From the NCBI GenBank assembly GCA_046290225.1, contig JBKAGE010000059.1:1-61067 (forward strand): 61,067 nt of DNA, in the 5' to 3' direction. The position numbers and the translations under genes are program-made. Below are positions 38,627 through 48,140 of this stretch, in pieces. This DNA is from Bradymonadia bacterium (GTDB lineage Bacteria > Myxococcota_A > Bradymonadia > UBA7976 > UBA1532). Position 1 is the first letter of the stretch. Each line of letters starts with the position of its first letter. The notes under the pieces were generated by a model that saw only the letters and a list, made by a program, of their open reading frames with translations, did no database searches and was not told the origin of the DNA.

Positions 38627-40360
38627 ATGCGCACCCATACCCTCTATCCCATCCTCCTCCTCGCCCTCACCGCCTGCGACGACAGCGGCGACAGCAGCGG
38701 CGGTGACCCATCGACCCCCGACGCCATGGTGAGCGTCGACGCCAGCGTCGATGAGCCGGATGCTTTCCCCGAGACCCCGCCACGCATCATCATCAACCCG
38801 GCAGCCTTACAGCTCAAAGCCTACCCAGGTGAGCCATCTGAGCCCGGCGTGTTGATCGTCTCCAACGGTGGCACCCTCGACCTGCTCATCGAGAGCATCG
38901 AGCTGCGCGGTGATCCAGGGTTCTCCTTCAGTGGCTTTGAGGGCCCAGGGGTCATCCCCACCAGCGGGGAGAACCGTGTTGAAGTCGTGTGGCAAGGCGA
39001 CGCCCCCGCCACTGGCTCACTCGTCTTCACCAGCAACGATCCCGCAGTACCCGAGCAGGTGGTGGCCCTCGAAGGCAGCCCCATCGAAATCTGCGCCCGC
39101 GCCCAGCCCCCGTCCATCGACATCGGCGAGGTGGCCCCCGGCGTGGACAGCAGCCGATTCGAAGCCTCTCTGAGCAACTGCGGTGATGCCCCCTTCACCC
39201 TCACCGACGTCAGCATCGAAGGAGACAGCGGGTTTCAGTGGGCTCCACGCGTCAACGTCGATCCAGTGGGTGCCCCCATCGATGCCGGCAACATCGTCCG
39301 CCTCGACGTGTGGTACGTCAACGACGCCCTCCCTCCTGGAGAGACCGCCATCGGCACGTTGACCATGCAGACCGATCTCCCCGACACCCCAAACTTTGAG
39401 ATCCCCCTGAGTGCTCGGGGCAGCGCCCCTTCTGGCTGCCTGCTTCAGGGCAACCCCGATCGGCTCGACTTTGGCCAGCAGCGCCTGGGCACCACCGAGA
39501 CCCTCACCACCGAGATCACCAACCTCGGCTCGGACACCTGCATATTCCGAAACGTCGCTGTCGACAGTGGCGCCTACTCCACCCCAGACGAGGCCATGCC
39601 CCCGCCGCTGGGTCCCGGTCAAAGCACCACCCTCGAGGTGAGCTTCGCCCCGGAGATGGCCAACCCTCAGGGTGAGCGCGGCGCGCTGCTCGTAGACACC
39701 GTGGGCGAGACCGACGGCCAGAACCGGAGACTCACCCTGGCCCTCTTCGGCATCGGGGCCCCGGCCACCTTCGGCGCCATGCCCACCGAGGTCAGCCTCG
39801 GCGAGGTCACCGCTGGAGAATGCGCTTCCTGGATCCGCACCGGTCGCGTAGAGAACGTGGGCTTCGTGCCTCTGTGCATCGGCCCTGACTTCCGGCTCGA
39901 AGGCCCCGATTGCGACCAGTTCGTCTTGCTCGAAGATCCGGCCTTCGAGGGCATGTGCCGCCCTGCGGAGCGTGGCGACGGCGTGAACTTCAGGTTCCGG
40001 GCCCAGCCCGACGCCGTGGGCGAGATCAACTGCACGCTCATCGTCGACTCAGACGCGCAGGTCACCGCAGGCATGCCCGGTGGAGAGCTGAGCATTCCCC
40101 TGGTGGCGGAGGGCGTGGCAGAGGCTGCCACTGTCGATGCCTTCAACATCGAGCGGCTCAACGACAACCTCGATGCATCGTTCTCGCTGAGCCGCCCGGC
40201 GGTCGAAGAGAGCATCGTGGCCACAGCAGAAGGCGAAGAGCTTCAAGGCTGGCAGTTCAACGCCGACGCCAACATCATCGTGTTCCCTCGGGGTATGCAC
40301 CCACCGGAGCAGAGCACGCTCCGGGTGGAGTACGACGCGGTGTGTTACCCACGGCAGTGA
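38627..40360 (+). CDS. Lipoprotein with tandem Ig-like (ASH/choice-of-anchor D) domains
   Basis: Lipobox LTAC; repeated 'P..LDFG..V.NxG..L.I..I...SNDP' units. Confidence 0.8.
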   Translation: MRTHTLYPILLLALTACDDSGDSSGGDPSTPDAMVSVDASVDEPDAFPETPPRIIINPAALQLKAYPGEPSEPGVLIVSNGGTLDLLIESIELRGDPGFSFSGFEGPGVIPTSGENRVEVVWQGDAPATGSLVFTSNDPAVPEQVVALEGSPIEICARAQPPSIDIGEVAPGVDSSRFEASLSNCGDAPFTLTDVSIEGDSGFQWAPRVNVDPVGAPIDAGNIVRLDVWYVNDALPPGETAIGTLTMQTDLPDTPNFEIPLSARGSAPSGCLLQGNPDRLDFGQQRLGTTETLTTEITNLGSDTCIFRNVAVDSGAYSTPDEAMPPPLGPGQSTTLEVSFAPEMANPQGERGALLVDTVGETDGQNRRLTLALFGIGAPATFGAMPTEVSLGEVTAGECASWIRTGRVENVGFVPLCIGPDFRLEGPDCDQFVLLEDPAFEGMCRPAERGDGVNFRFRAQPDAVGEINCTLIVDSDAQVTAGMPGGELSIPLVAEGVAEAATVDAFNIERLNDNLDASFSLSRPAVEESIVATAEGEELQGWQFNADANIIVFPRGMHPPEQSTLRVEYDAVCYPRQ

Positions 40361-40372
40361 CTCAACCGGCCC

Positions 40373-42124
40373 TCATGGGCAGGGTGGATCGCCTTCACCA
40401 CACACAAAGTCATCCGCCCCGACATCTGCCCCATTGTTCATGAAGAGTGGCCGCACGATGCGGGTCTCCCCATTGCGGGTGAAGACCGCACCTCCGATCC
40501 CTAATCCCGGCTCACCTGGAGCGCCGCAGGCACCACCGAAGACCTCCTCACCAGGGGGCCCACCTTGCGCCCCATTGTCTGTGATCACGCACTCTTCGAG
40601 TTGGACCTCGCCGCCGCCGTTGTAGACCGCGCCTCCGAGGGCGCCGCCACCGCCTCCAGGGCCCGAAGCCGAGCAGCCTCCGAGGCCACCATCACCACCA
40701 GCGAAGCCACCCGCTCCCGGTGGTGCGCCATCGCCACCTTGGGTCTGAGCACCACCTCCGCCGCCGCCACCCGCGAAGCCGCCGTCACCACCAGTCCCTG
40801 TGCCCTGGCGTGTTCCGCCACCGCCGCCACCGCCGCTGGCATCTCCGCCATCCTCCCCCTCTCGATCACCACGGCCTCTGCCACCTTCACCGGGGTCCGG
40901 GCCGCCGCCATCGCCTCCATCACCATCTCGGCCGCCATTGTTTTCCTGGGCGTGGCCGCCGTCTCCACCGATGACTCGGTTGCCGCGGAACACACACGGC
41001 TCAGCGCCTGCTCGAGCGGTCAGGCTGCCTCCTTCGGCCACATGAACCGCCCCACCGAGGGCGCCACCACCACCACCACCACCATTGCCTCCGCGCTCTT
41101 CACCAAGGCGGCCGTGATCTCCCTGGCCCACATGGTCTACGAACTCCACCCCTTCTACGACCAGGGCGCCTTCTACCCAAGCAGCCCCACCGCCGTGCAG
41201 GCCGAGCCCTCGGGTGAGTGTGAGGGTGTTGAGGGTGAGGCTCACCCCATCAGGCACCTCGAAGATGCGTCCGCGCTCGTCGCCGCTGAGAACGGTGTTG
41301 CCATGGCCACACCCGATGATGCTGGCCTCCGCTTCAGGCACCAGAGGACCCACGAGGGGATCGATGCTGATGCGCATCTCATGATCTGCGAAGACGATCA
41401 GCGATACCCCTTCAGGGGCATTGCATCCCTGAACTTCTGGATCAGCGATGGTCTGCAGTGCCCGTCTCAAGGAGCAGCGTGCCTCGCCCTTGTCGTCCTC
41501 TTCCTCGTCGATCTCCTCATCGATCTCAGTGTTCACCACCACCGCTTCGATGGGGCTCAGGCTTACGGTCGTCGACTCTGATCTCACGCCGTTGAGGGTG
41601 ACCTGATATGTGAAGCTGGTGCGCTCGATTTGCGCGGCTTGAAACTTGAAGCTGCCGTCGGGTCGCAGGATCAACTCGCCGCCATCCGGCCCATCGACCA
41701 GCACCACCTCAGACCCTGCAGGCGCATTGTCGTTGGCCAAGACGCCCTGGGCTGCGCTCACCTCCAGCGCGCATCCGCCCACAGTCTGGTAGTCGTCCGG
41801 GTTCGGTGGGGGTGGCCCCACAGGCGAGGCATCGATCATGGGGGCCATGTCAGGCACAGGCTCGGCATCAGGCGGTGGGGGGGCAGCGTCGGGCAACCTT
41901 CGGTCCGGAAACATGAACATGTCAGGTGCAACGAAGGCATCTGCAGGCCCGGGGGCGGCATCTGGGCGCGCGAAAGCGTCGAACGACACGAGGGCGTCAG
42001 CCTCCTCGAAGGGGGCTGCGTCAATCACTCGGACAGTGGGCTCTTCAGGGAAGCTCGCCAGACAGCCGCCGAGACCACCGGTGAGTAGAACCACGATCAG
42101 AGAGGGGAAATTTGTCTGGCGCAT
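40373..42124 (-). CDS. Lipoprotein with cadherin-like/Ig domain, CSLREA-like motif and Gly-rich beta-helix region
   Basis: Lipobox LGGC, GVLAND...DGSF, VVNT..D...CSLRRA, repeated GGALGGAV and a long Gly-rich tract. Confidence 0.75.
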   Translation of the reverse strand: MRQTNFPSLIVVLLTGGLGGCLASFPEEPTVRVIDAAPFEEADALVSFDAFARPDAAPGPADAFVAPDMFMFPDRRLPDAAPPPPDAEPVPDMAPMIDASPVGPPPPNPDDYQTVGGCALEVSAAQGVLANDNAPAGSEVVLVDGPDGGELILRPDGSFKFQAAQIERTSFTYQVTLNGVRSESTTVSLSPIEAVVVNTEIDEEIDEEEDDKGEARCSLRRALQTIADPEVQGCNAPEGVSLIVFADHEMRISIDPLVGPLVPEAEASIIGCGHGNTVLSGDERGRIFEVPDGVSLTLNTLTLTRGLGLHGGGAAWVEGALVVEGVEFVDHVGQGDHGRLGEERGGNGGGGGGGALGGAVHVAEGGSLTARAGAEPCVFRGNRVIGGDGGHAQENNGGRDGDGGDGGGPDPGEGGRGRGDREGEDGGDASGGGGGGGTRQGTGTGGDGGFAGGGGGGGAQTQGGDGAPPGAGGFAGGDGGLGGCSASGPGGGGGALGGAVYNGGGEVQLEECVITDNGAQGGPPGEEVFGGACGAPGEPGLGIGGAVFTRNGETRIVRPLFMNNGADVGADDFVCGEGDPPCP

Positions 42125-42214
42125 GGACCAAACATACCAACAGTGGTCATGAGCAAGGAAGAGTACGAGAAGATCACGGGCACAGATGCTCTGCACGCCC
42201 TCATCAGAACACCC

Positions 42215-42850
42215 TCACCAGGCTCCTGCTGACTTGTCGGCCTGACAAGACGAGACACATCTCTCTACGTCTTCCTCTGACACCTCTTTGCAGACATCTT
42301 CGGACACGCTCAGATCGACACATACATGAAAGGTCGTCTTGGCCCCCTCTTCGCACATTTGAGGGCACTGGCGCTCTTCTTCATGGGCTTCGTCAGGGTG
42401 GCAACCTGACAAACATTCGACGAGTTCTGGCTTCTTCTCGTCGTTGCAGATCGCCCGTACACCGCCCGCCTCGACACAATCGCCGACGTTCTCGCTGAAC
42501 ACGCCAAAACAGGACACATTGCAGGCAGGGGCCAGGGGCACCTCCTCCGGTACAGTGTTTCTGGGCGTATCCAGTTCGATCTCGTCGCTCAAGTCATCCC
42601 ATGGCGTTGCGATGTCATCGGGGAGACTCAGCTCAATGTCGTCGGGCAGATGTTCAGGTGCCTCCTGTCGATCTCCTTCACCCTCACCAGGCTCGTTCTC
42701 GTCGGAGGGCGTTTGCCTGGGCTCTCCCACCTCTACATGTTCATCCTCAGGCGTCTCGGGCTCATCATCGTAGGGCTGACCCGCATCGCAGCCAGCCTGA
42801 AAGACCAGTGCCAGCCCAAGAACACACATGGAACTCCACCTCGAAAACAT
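42215..42850 (-). CDS. Acidic lipoprotein with 2 Cx3Cx10Cx9Cx10Cx3C repeats
   Basis: Lipobox QAGC and two six-Cys units; paralog of 43299..45041. Confidence 0.8.
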   Translation of the reverse strand: MFSRWSSMCVLGLALVFQAGCDAGQPYDDEPETPEDEHVEVGEPRQTPSDENEPGEGEGDRQEAPEHLPDDIELSLPDDIATPWDDLSDEIELDTPRNTVPEEVPLAPACNVSCFGVFSENVGDCVEAGGVRAICNDEKKPELVECLSGCHPDEAHEEERQCPQMCEEGAKTTFHVCVDLSVSEDVCKEVSEEDVERCVSSCQADKSAGAW

Positions 42851-42989
42851 GACTCACCTCTGCTGACAGATGCCAGCCGCCGACACAACACATACACAGA
42901 GTCGTTCATCAGCCGCACCAGGGGCATACACTGGACGCCATCAAGTTCTACTGTTGGCTGATACATGGGCGTTCACCGCCCTCAATTAC

Positions 42990-43017
42990 AGTATTGAGCC
43001 TGCATACCTGACTCCGT
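42990..43017 (-). promoter_or_regulatory. Putative ECF promoter (copy 3)
   Basis: Minus strand ACGGAGT-N12-CTCAATACT, ~140 bp upstream of the 42850 start. Confidence 0.65.
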
Positions 43018-43149
43018 CACAAAAAAGCATCACTCAGACAACTCATTGCCGGATGTATTGAGGAAGAGACTCCCGCCAGACTTGCCCACATCGCCAGTGC
43101 AGTGAATACACCGACCGGAGTCACATCATCAGTGATTTCGAAGAGAGGC

Positions 43150-43191
43150 GAGGGCGTCGACGCGAGAGTAGGCGATTGCGTCGACGCCCTC
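43150..43191. terminator. 14-bp perfect hairpin downstream of the 8-repeat lipoprotein gene
   Basis: GAGGGCGTCGACGC..GCGTCGACGCCCTC. Confidence 0.55.
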
Positions 43192-43298
43192 TTGGGAGGT
43201 GTCTCAAGTTGGGAGAGAGAGCCTCCGCAGGACAGCGGAGATTCTTGAGACTCTGGGTTCAGAGGTCCTGGGACCTCTCAGGCTCGCTTGTGTGAGCC

Positions 43299-45041
43299 TC
43301 AGGGGAAGATGGGCAGCTCGCCCTCACCACACTGCATCATGCAGGCTTCGGCAACAGCGCCAGCCTCTTCACCACACGCGTTGAAGTCACCACCGTTGTC
43401 GAGGCAGGCAGCGAAAGCCTCATCGCCTGCGGCGAAGCAGGCTTCTTCACACTCGCCGAAGCCACCATCAGGGCCCCCACCGGGGAAGCCGTCATCGGGA
43501 ATCTCACCGTCCGGGCCCTCATCGGGGATGTTGCCGCCGGGGCCTTCACCGTCGCCAGGGAGGCAGGACTCGAAGCAGGTGTTGGCCTCGGCGCTGATGA
43601 TCTCGTCACAAGCCTCCTCGGGCAGTCCAGACTCGAGGCACATCTCGTAAGCCTGCTGGATACCCTCCTCACACCCCTGGAAGCAGGCATCGATCTCGTC
43701 GCCGGGCACGTCACCGTCCGGACCCTCGTCGGGGATCTCGCCGCCATCGCAAGCAGCGAGGCAGGCATCGATACCACCGAAGGCTTCCAATTCACACAAG
43801 GCCGGGTCCTCACCAGACTCGACACAGGTCATGAACACATCCTCGGCGGCGAGGAAACACTCGTTCTCGCAGAGGTTGGGCTCCTCGGGCTCCTCCGGGG
43901 GGAGGATGTCGCCAGAGCACTCCTGGAAACAGCTCTCGATCACATCGGAAGCGATCAGGTCACACACACCCGGATCTTCGCCAGACTCGATGCACTCGGC
44001 GAAGAGCAGCTCGCCGGTCTCCAGGCAGATCTCTTCACAGGCAGGCTCGTCAGGCCCCGGCTCGTCGGGGAAGTTGGGGTCCTGGCCGTCACATGCAGCG
44101 AGGCAAGCATCAGCTTCGGCGCTCACCAGCGCATCACAGAAGGCGGGATCTTCGCCGGCCTCGAGGCACTCCTCGAACAGCACATTGATGTACTCGAAGC
44201 ACATCTCGCCACACGCAGCAGGATCGTCTGGGTGGGGCTCGTCGGGCCAGGGCTCATCGCCGGGCTCGCAGGCCATCAGGCACTGGTCGATCTCGGCCGT
44301 GATGGCGATGTCGCAGTCTTCGGGGTTGCCGCCGGCCTCGATGCACTCCACGAAGGCAGCCTCGGCGCCCTCGATGCACTGAGACACGCAGTCATCGGGC
44401 TGGTCGGGGTTGGGATCGTCAGGCCAGGGCTCGCCGTTGGGGCCACAATCCATCAGACACAGATCGATGCCCTCGCTGATTGCCTCGTCACAGAACCCGG
44501 GATCCTCACCCGCCTCGACACACTCCTCGAAGGCAGCGTCGGCGCCCTCGAAGCAGGCTTCGATGCATACGTCCTCCGGAGCACCGGGATCATCAGGCAG
44601 GATGCCGTCGTCACACTCTTCCGCGAGGCAGGCATACCAGGCCTCGTCGGCAATCTCGCCACAGATCTCTTCGGGCGTGCCGTCGGCGGCACACTCTTCA
44701 TAGATGAGCTCGGCGAACTCACCACAGCCCTCGGCACACTCGTCGCCGGGCTCGTCGGGCTCGATGGGCTCTTCGGGATCAGCGGGGATCTCACCACCGC
44801 CCCCGTCGCCGTCGGGACCCTCGGGATCATCATCGCCGGGCTCTTCCCAGTCGTCTTCCGGAGGCAGCTCGTTGTCGGGCGTGTCCTCACCACCGATGGG
44901 GCCCTCGACATCCCCGCCATTCTCACCGCCGATCTCGGGCTCATCATCGGCGCCGATGTCGGCGGCCTGCTCGAAACGACAACCGGTCAGAGCCGTGAAT
45001 GCCAGGCCCAAGATACACAACTGCTTCCACTGCGACGACAT
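43299..45041 (-). CDS. Extremely acidic lipoprotein with 8 six-Cys helical repeats
   Basis: Lipobox LTGC and eight Cx3Cx10Cx9Cx10Cx3(4)C units separated by D/E/P/G linkers; GGAGGAG RBS. Confidence 0.88.
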   Translation of the reverse strand: MSSQWKQLCILGLAFTALTGCRFEQAADIGADDEPEIGGENGGDVEGPIGGEDTPDNELPPEDDWEEPGDDDPEGPDGDGGGGEIPADPEEPIEPDEPGDECAEGCGEFAELIYEECAADGTPEEICGEIADEAWYACLAEECDDGILPDDPGAPEDVCIEACFEGADAAFEECVEAGEDPGFCDEAISEGIDLCLMDCGPNGEPWPDDPNPDQPDDCVSQCIEGAEAAFVECIEAGGNPEDCDIAITAEIDQCLMACEPGDEPWPDEPHPDDPAACGEMCFEYINVLFEECLEAGEDPAFCDALVSAEADACLAACDGQDPNFPDEPGPDEPACEEICLETGELLFAECIESGEDPGVCDLIASDVIESCFQECSGDILPPEEPEEPNLCENECFLAAEDVFMTCVESGEDPALCELEAFGGIDACLAACDGGEIPDEGPDGDVPGDEIDACFQGCEEGIQQAYEMCLESGLPEEACDEIISAEANTCFESCLPGDGEGPGGNIPDEGPDGEIPDDGFPGGGPDGGFGECEEACFAAGDEAFAACLDNGGDFNACGEEAGAVAEACMMQCGEGELPIFP

Positions 45042-45183
45042 GGTGCTCCTCCACTGAGACGAGTCATGTACAGACTCGTTCGATACACACAGTTATCAGA
45101 TTTCGTTCGACTGACCCCAGTATCGTTTTACATGGTGTCATGTCTTTTGAGTTGCTCGCGGACGTCTCTGCGTCCTCACTGAT

Positions 45184-45211
45184 AGAATTGAAACCGGCTG
45201 TCTCAATCCGT
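45184..45211 (-). promoter_or_regulatory. Putative ECF promoter (copy 2)
   Basis: Minus strand ACGGATT-N12-TTCAATTCT, ~140 bp upstream of the 45041 start. Confidence 0.7.
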
Positions 45212-45236
45212 CACGGAAAAATGACTTTTTTCGTTT

Positions 45237-46364
45237 TTATTCCGAACCCTCGCTCAAAGGGCCAGAAAGCCAGCGCTTCACCTGGCCTGCGAAGGGGCTG
45301 GTGTGGTGGCGGGTCATGAACATGAGCGCCTGAGTGCGGGCTTCGCTGGTACGATCGAGGGCCATGAGCGCCTCGACCTTCAGCACCGCCCGCAGATCGC
45401 GCATCTGTCCATTGGGGAACTGTTGAGCGGCCTTCTGGATCAACTGCAACGCCCGAGCCGGTGCACGGCGCTGACTCAGCGCCCGGCGGGCCTCGGTGAG
45501 AATGCGAGCCTCGGCCTTCAAGAGTTCGGGATCCACAGGGGCAGGTGCCACAGTGGGCTCACTCCCCTTGCGCCCGGGCGTGAACACCTTGCGAGGCTTG
45601 GGGGCTTCGGCCACAGGCTCACCACCACGGCCCACCTTGGCGCGACTGGTTTTCACCAGTTTGAAGTCGGTCGAGCTGTCGCTCTTCGTTGACGCCTTCT
45701 TCTCACTCTGGCTGGCCTTGGCAGCGAGGCGACGCAGACGCCGCTTCATCGCCCTCGACGGTGCCCCTTCTTCGAGGCCAGCCTCAGCAGCCTGATCGTT
45801 CATGGGCAGTGCCATGACAGGTGCCGAAGCTGGAGGCGGTGGCACTTCGAGCTCGATGGGCAGCTCGTCGAGTTGATCTTCTGATGGCGTGGGGATGGCA
45901 TCGGCCATGGCCCCCGTCTGGGCGAGCAGCTTGCGGGCCCTCTCGGTGTGTGCCGCGACGTGGGGCGCAGGCCGACCCTCAGGGGCCGGTGCGACGACGT
46001 CGCGGGTCACGGTGCTCGTAGTGTCTTGCTGAGCCATCCAGATGCCCCCACCACCGACGAGCACGCCCATGGCCAGGAACTTGGGGGCCCACATGGCCAT
46101 GAAGCCCTTTGCAGCCACCGGCGCAGCGGCTGTGGCTGCAGCGGTGAAGCTCGTCGCCGTACCGGCAGTGGCGCTCCCGCCCGCAGCAGCCGCCTTGGCG
46201 CTGCTCGCGATGGCAGTGGCCCCCGTTGCCACAGCGGCCCCCTCTACGGCGACGAGCACCCCGGCGAGTACGCGGCTGCGTGCGCCCTCAGGAGCCCCCG
46301 GCGCTTCCCGCTCAGCCTCGAGTTCGAGGCGGAGGTCGTCGTCCATCCAATCGGGCATGCTCAT
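45237..46364 (-). CDS. Putative anti-sigma factor (short cytoplasmic N-terminus, TM, linker, C-terminal TPR-like domain)
   Basis: Overlaps the sigma stop (ATGA); C-terminal LKAE..L..AR.AL...FPNG...R..L.VEAL...SPF. Confidence 0.7.
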   Translation of the reverse strand: MSMPDWMDDDLRLELEAEREAPGAPEGARSRVLAGVLVAVEGAAVATGATAIASSAKAAAAGGSATAGTATSFTAAATAAAPVAAKGFMAMWAPKFLAMGVLVGGGGIWMAQQDTTSTVTRDVVAPAPEGRPAPHVAAHTERARKLLAQTGAMADAIPTPSEDQLDELPIELEVPPPPASAPVMALPMNDQAAEAGLEEGAPSRAMKRRLRRLAAKASQSEKKASTKSDSSTDFKLVKTSRAKVGRGGEPVAEAPKPRKVFTPGRKGSEPTVAPAPVDPELLKAEARILTEARRALSQRRAPARALQLIQKAAQQFPNGQMRDLRAVLKVEALMALDRTSEARTQALMFMTRHHTSPFAGQVKRWLSGPLSEGSE

Positions 46365-46930
46365 GCCTCACCCCCTCTCAGCCGCAGTCGGTCCATCGAC
46401 GCTTTAAAACGCAGACGGGCGATGCGCAGCCGGGAGTACACAGTGTTCAGGGGCACCCCGAGAGCCTCTCCGATCTCTGGACAGGGGGTGCCGTCGATTT
46501 CGTGCATGACGAAGATGATGCGCCGCTCCGGATCGAGGGTGCTTAGAGCTTCGATCACTCGGGCTCGACGCTGCTGAGTTTGTACCGCCCTCTCCGGATC
46601 AGGCCCATGACAGGGCCGCTCAGTCAGCGCGCGATCATCTGTAAATTGCTCTCGGGTATGTCGTGGCCGTCGACGCTCTCGGGCAGCCACCTTGTAGGCG
46701 ATGCCTGCGAGCCAGGGTCTCAAGGGTCGGCTGGGATCGTAATCATCGAGCCGACGATGCACCACGACAAAGACCTCCTGAGCGGCGTCTTCGAGCTCTG
46801 CGTCCCTGACGCCAAGGCGTTTCAAGGTGCGCCAGACATAGTCGAACCACGACTCGTAGATCTCCCGAAAGCTCGGCACCTCGTGGAGCTCCTTCGGGTC
46901 GGGTCGTGGGCGCGATACCATGCTCATCAC
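46361..46930 (-). CDS. ECF sigma-70 factor
   Basis: YVWRTLKRLGV, EDAAQEVF, RPWLAGIA and EIGEALGVPLNTVYSRLRIAR motifs. Confidence 0.95.
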   Translation of the reverse strand: MMSMVSRPRPDPKELHEVPSFREIYESWFDYVWRTLKRLGVRDAELEDAAQEVFVVVHRRLDDYDPSRPLRPWLAGIAYKVAARERRRPRHTREQFTDDRALTERPCHGPDPERAVQTQQRRARVIEALSTLDPERRIIFVMHEIDGTPCPEIGEALGVPLNTVYSRLRIARLRFKASMDRLRLRGGEA

Positions 46931-46933
46931 CTC

Positions 46934-46961
46934 AGAATTGAACGGTCTGAGGTGAATCCGT
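46934..46961 (-). promoter_or_regulatory. Putative autoregulated ECF promoter (copy 1), probably giving a leaderless mRNA
   Basis: Minus strand GAACGGATT-N12-TTCAATTCT ending 3 nt before the GTG/ATG of the sigma gene. Confidence 0.7.
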
Positions 46962-46975
46962 TCGAAAAAGTCACC

Positions 46976-47962
46976 TCACCATGCTTTTTCTACGACAAAG
47001 CCCACGGTGCCATTGAAAATCGGGGTCCTCCACACCGTGTCGCCACCCACCCTCAGCTCTGTCTCAGTCCAGGGCACCGACAATTCGAACTGGCCTCTCA
47101 GCGCCCAACCTCTCGGCAAGGGGGTGCGGAGTACGGCTCGTAAGCCCAGGGCGCCGTACAGGGCGTTGCTGCTGGTGTTGCGGTCGAAGCCCTCTCCCTG
47201 ATCGCGACGCATGCCGGTGAGCGATACACCGCACAGCGCCAGCGGATCTCGATGCCAGCAACCCGAGATCACCGCAGCGTAGAGGTCAGAGCGAATCTGC
47301 CCATTGCGGCGTGGTTGTGCGCTGCCGAAGGTGGCACGGCCTTCTGCAGAGACCGACCAAGTGGGCCAGCGATATGCGCCCTCGAGGCCGAAGGCGAGGC
47401 CCATCCCGGGTTGGGCCCCCACCGAAGCAAGGACGGAGAGCGCGGTGCGCCATGGCCGGGGCATCCCTGTGGGTTGGGTGGACAGCTCCCAGGATCCCTC
47501 ACTCACGGCAACGGGCCATTGGGGGGTCAACGCCCGGGCCCACCGTGGGGCACGACGCCCTTCGACGGGGGCTTCGATGGTCTCAGGCTGCTCTGCAGGT
47601 GGCAATGTCTGGATGAGGGTGGAGGCATACACCGCCGCGGCCTGTACGAGGGCCCCACATCGATCACGTTTGTCGGTGAACCGGGTGCCGCCGAGCAGCA
47701 CTTCACCCTGACGCCACATCAAGTCGAGGTGCAGGTCTGCGCCTTCCAATCGAAAGGCGAGATGACACTGGTGGCTGCCCTCGGCGCTGAAGGGCTGCTC
47801 CCCGAGGATCTGCACCACAGCGTCCTCGAAACGATTCTGAGCAGGGCACATTACGCCTGGGGGCGGGGGCTCGAACTGAACCGTGACCCCGCCCTGCCCT
47901 TGGGCAAGGGCGGGATGTGCGGCCCACCAGAGGCAGGTCAGAAATGCGATTCGGCCGAGCAC
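46976..47962 (-). CDS. Exported hypothetical protein with a C-terminal beta-barrel-like domain, upstream of the ECF pair
   Basis: Signal peptide (AHPALAQ), CP...C N-domain, amphipathic strands and a terminal Trp. Start uncertain. Confidence 0.6.
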   Translation of the reverse strand: MLGRIAFLTCLWWAAHPALAQGQGGVTVQFEPPPPGVMCPAQNRFEDAVVQILGEQPFSAEGSHQCHLAFRLEGADLHLDLMWRQGEVLLGGTRFTDKRDRCGALVQAAAVYASTLIQTLPPAEQPETIEAPVEGRRAPRWARALTPQWPVAVSEGSWELSTQPTGMPRPWRTALSVLASVGAQPGMGLAFGLEGAYRWPTWSVSAEGRATFGSAQPRRNGQIRSDLYAAVISGCWHRDPLALCGVSLTGMRRDQGEGFDRNTSSNALYGALGLRAVLRTPLPRGWALRGQFELSVPWTETELRVGGDTVWRTPIFNGTVGFVVEKAW

Positions 47963-48140
47963 TTCGCGGGGGCTCCCAGAGCAGATCAGGTGACGTGGGC
48001 GCCACTGTATCTGATCAGTTGTGAACAACTGCAACTCCGTGCCGTCTACAGGCGCCGCGAAAACCCCCCGGAGCCGTTGACGCCTGTGAGCCGGGGTGCG
48101 AGATTGGCCGCCGCTCTGGGACGAGGAGGAGCCCCACACC

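Noticed and set aside
40560..41100. PE-PGRS or collagen-like protein
   Set aside because: The Gly-rich tract lies inside a CSLREA/beta-helix-type lipoprotein, with no PE domain and no sustained Gly-X-Y register.
43299..45041. Multiheme cytochrome or ferredoxin interpretation of the Cys repeats
   Set aside because: There are no CxxCH or CxxCxxC motifs; Sec-type lipoprotein export favours disulfides.
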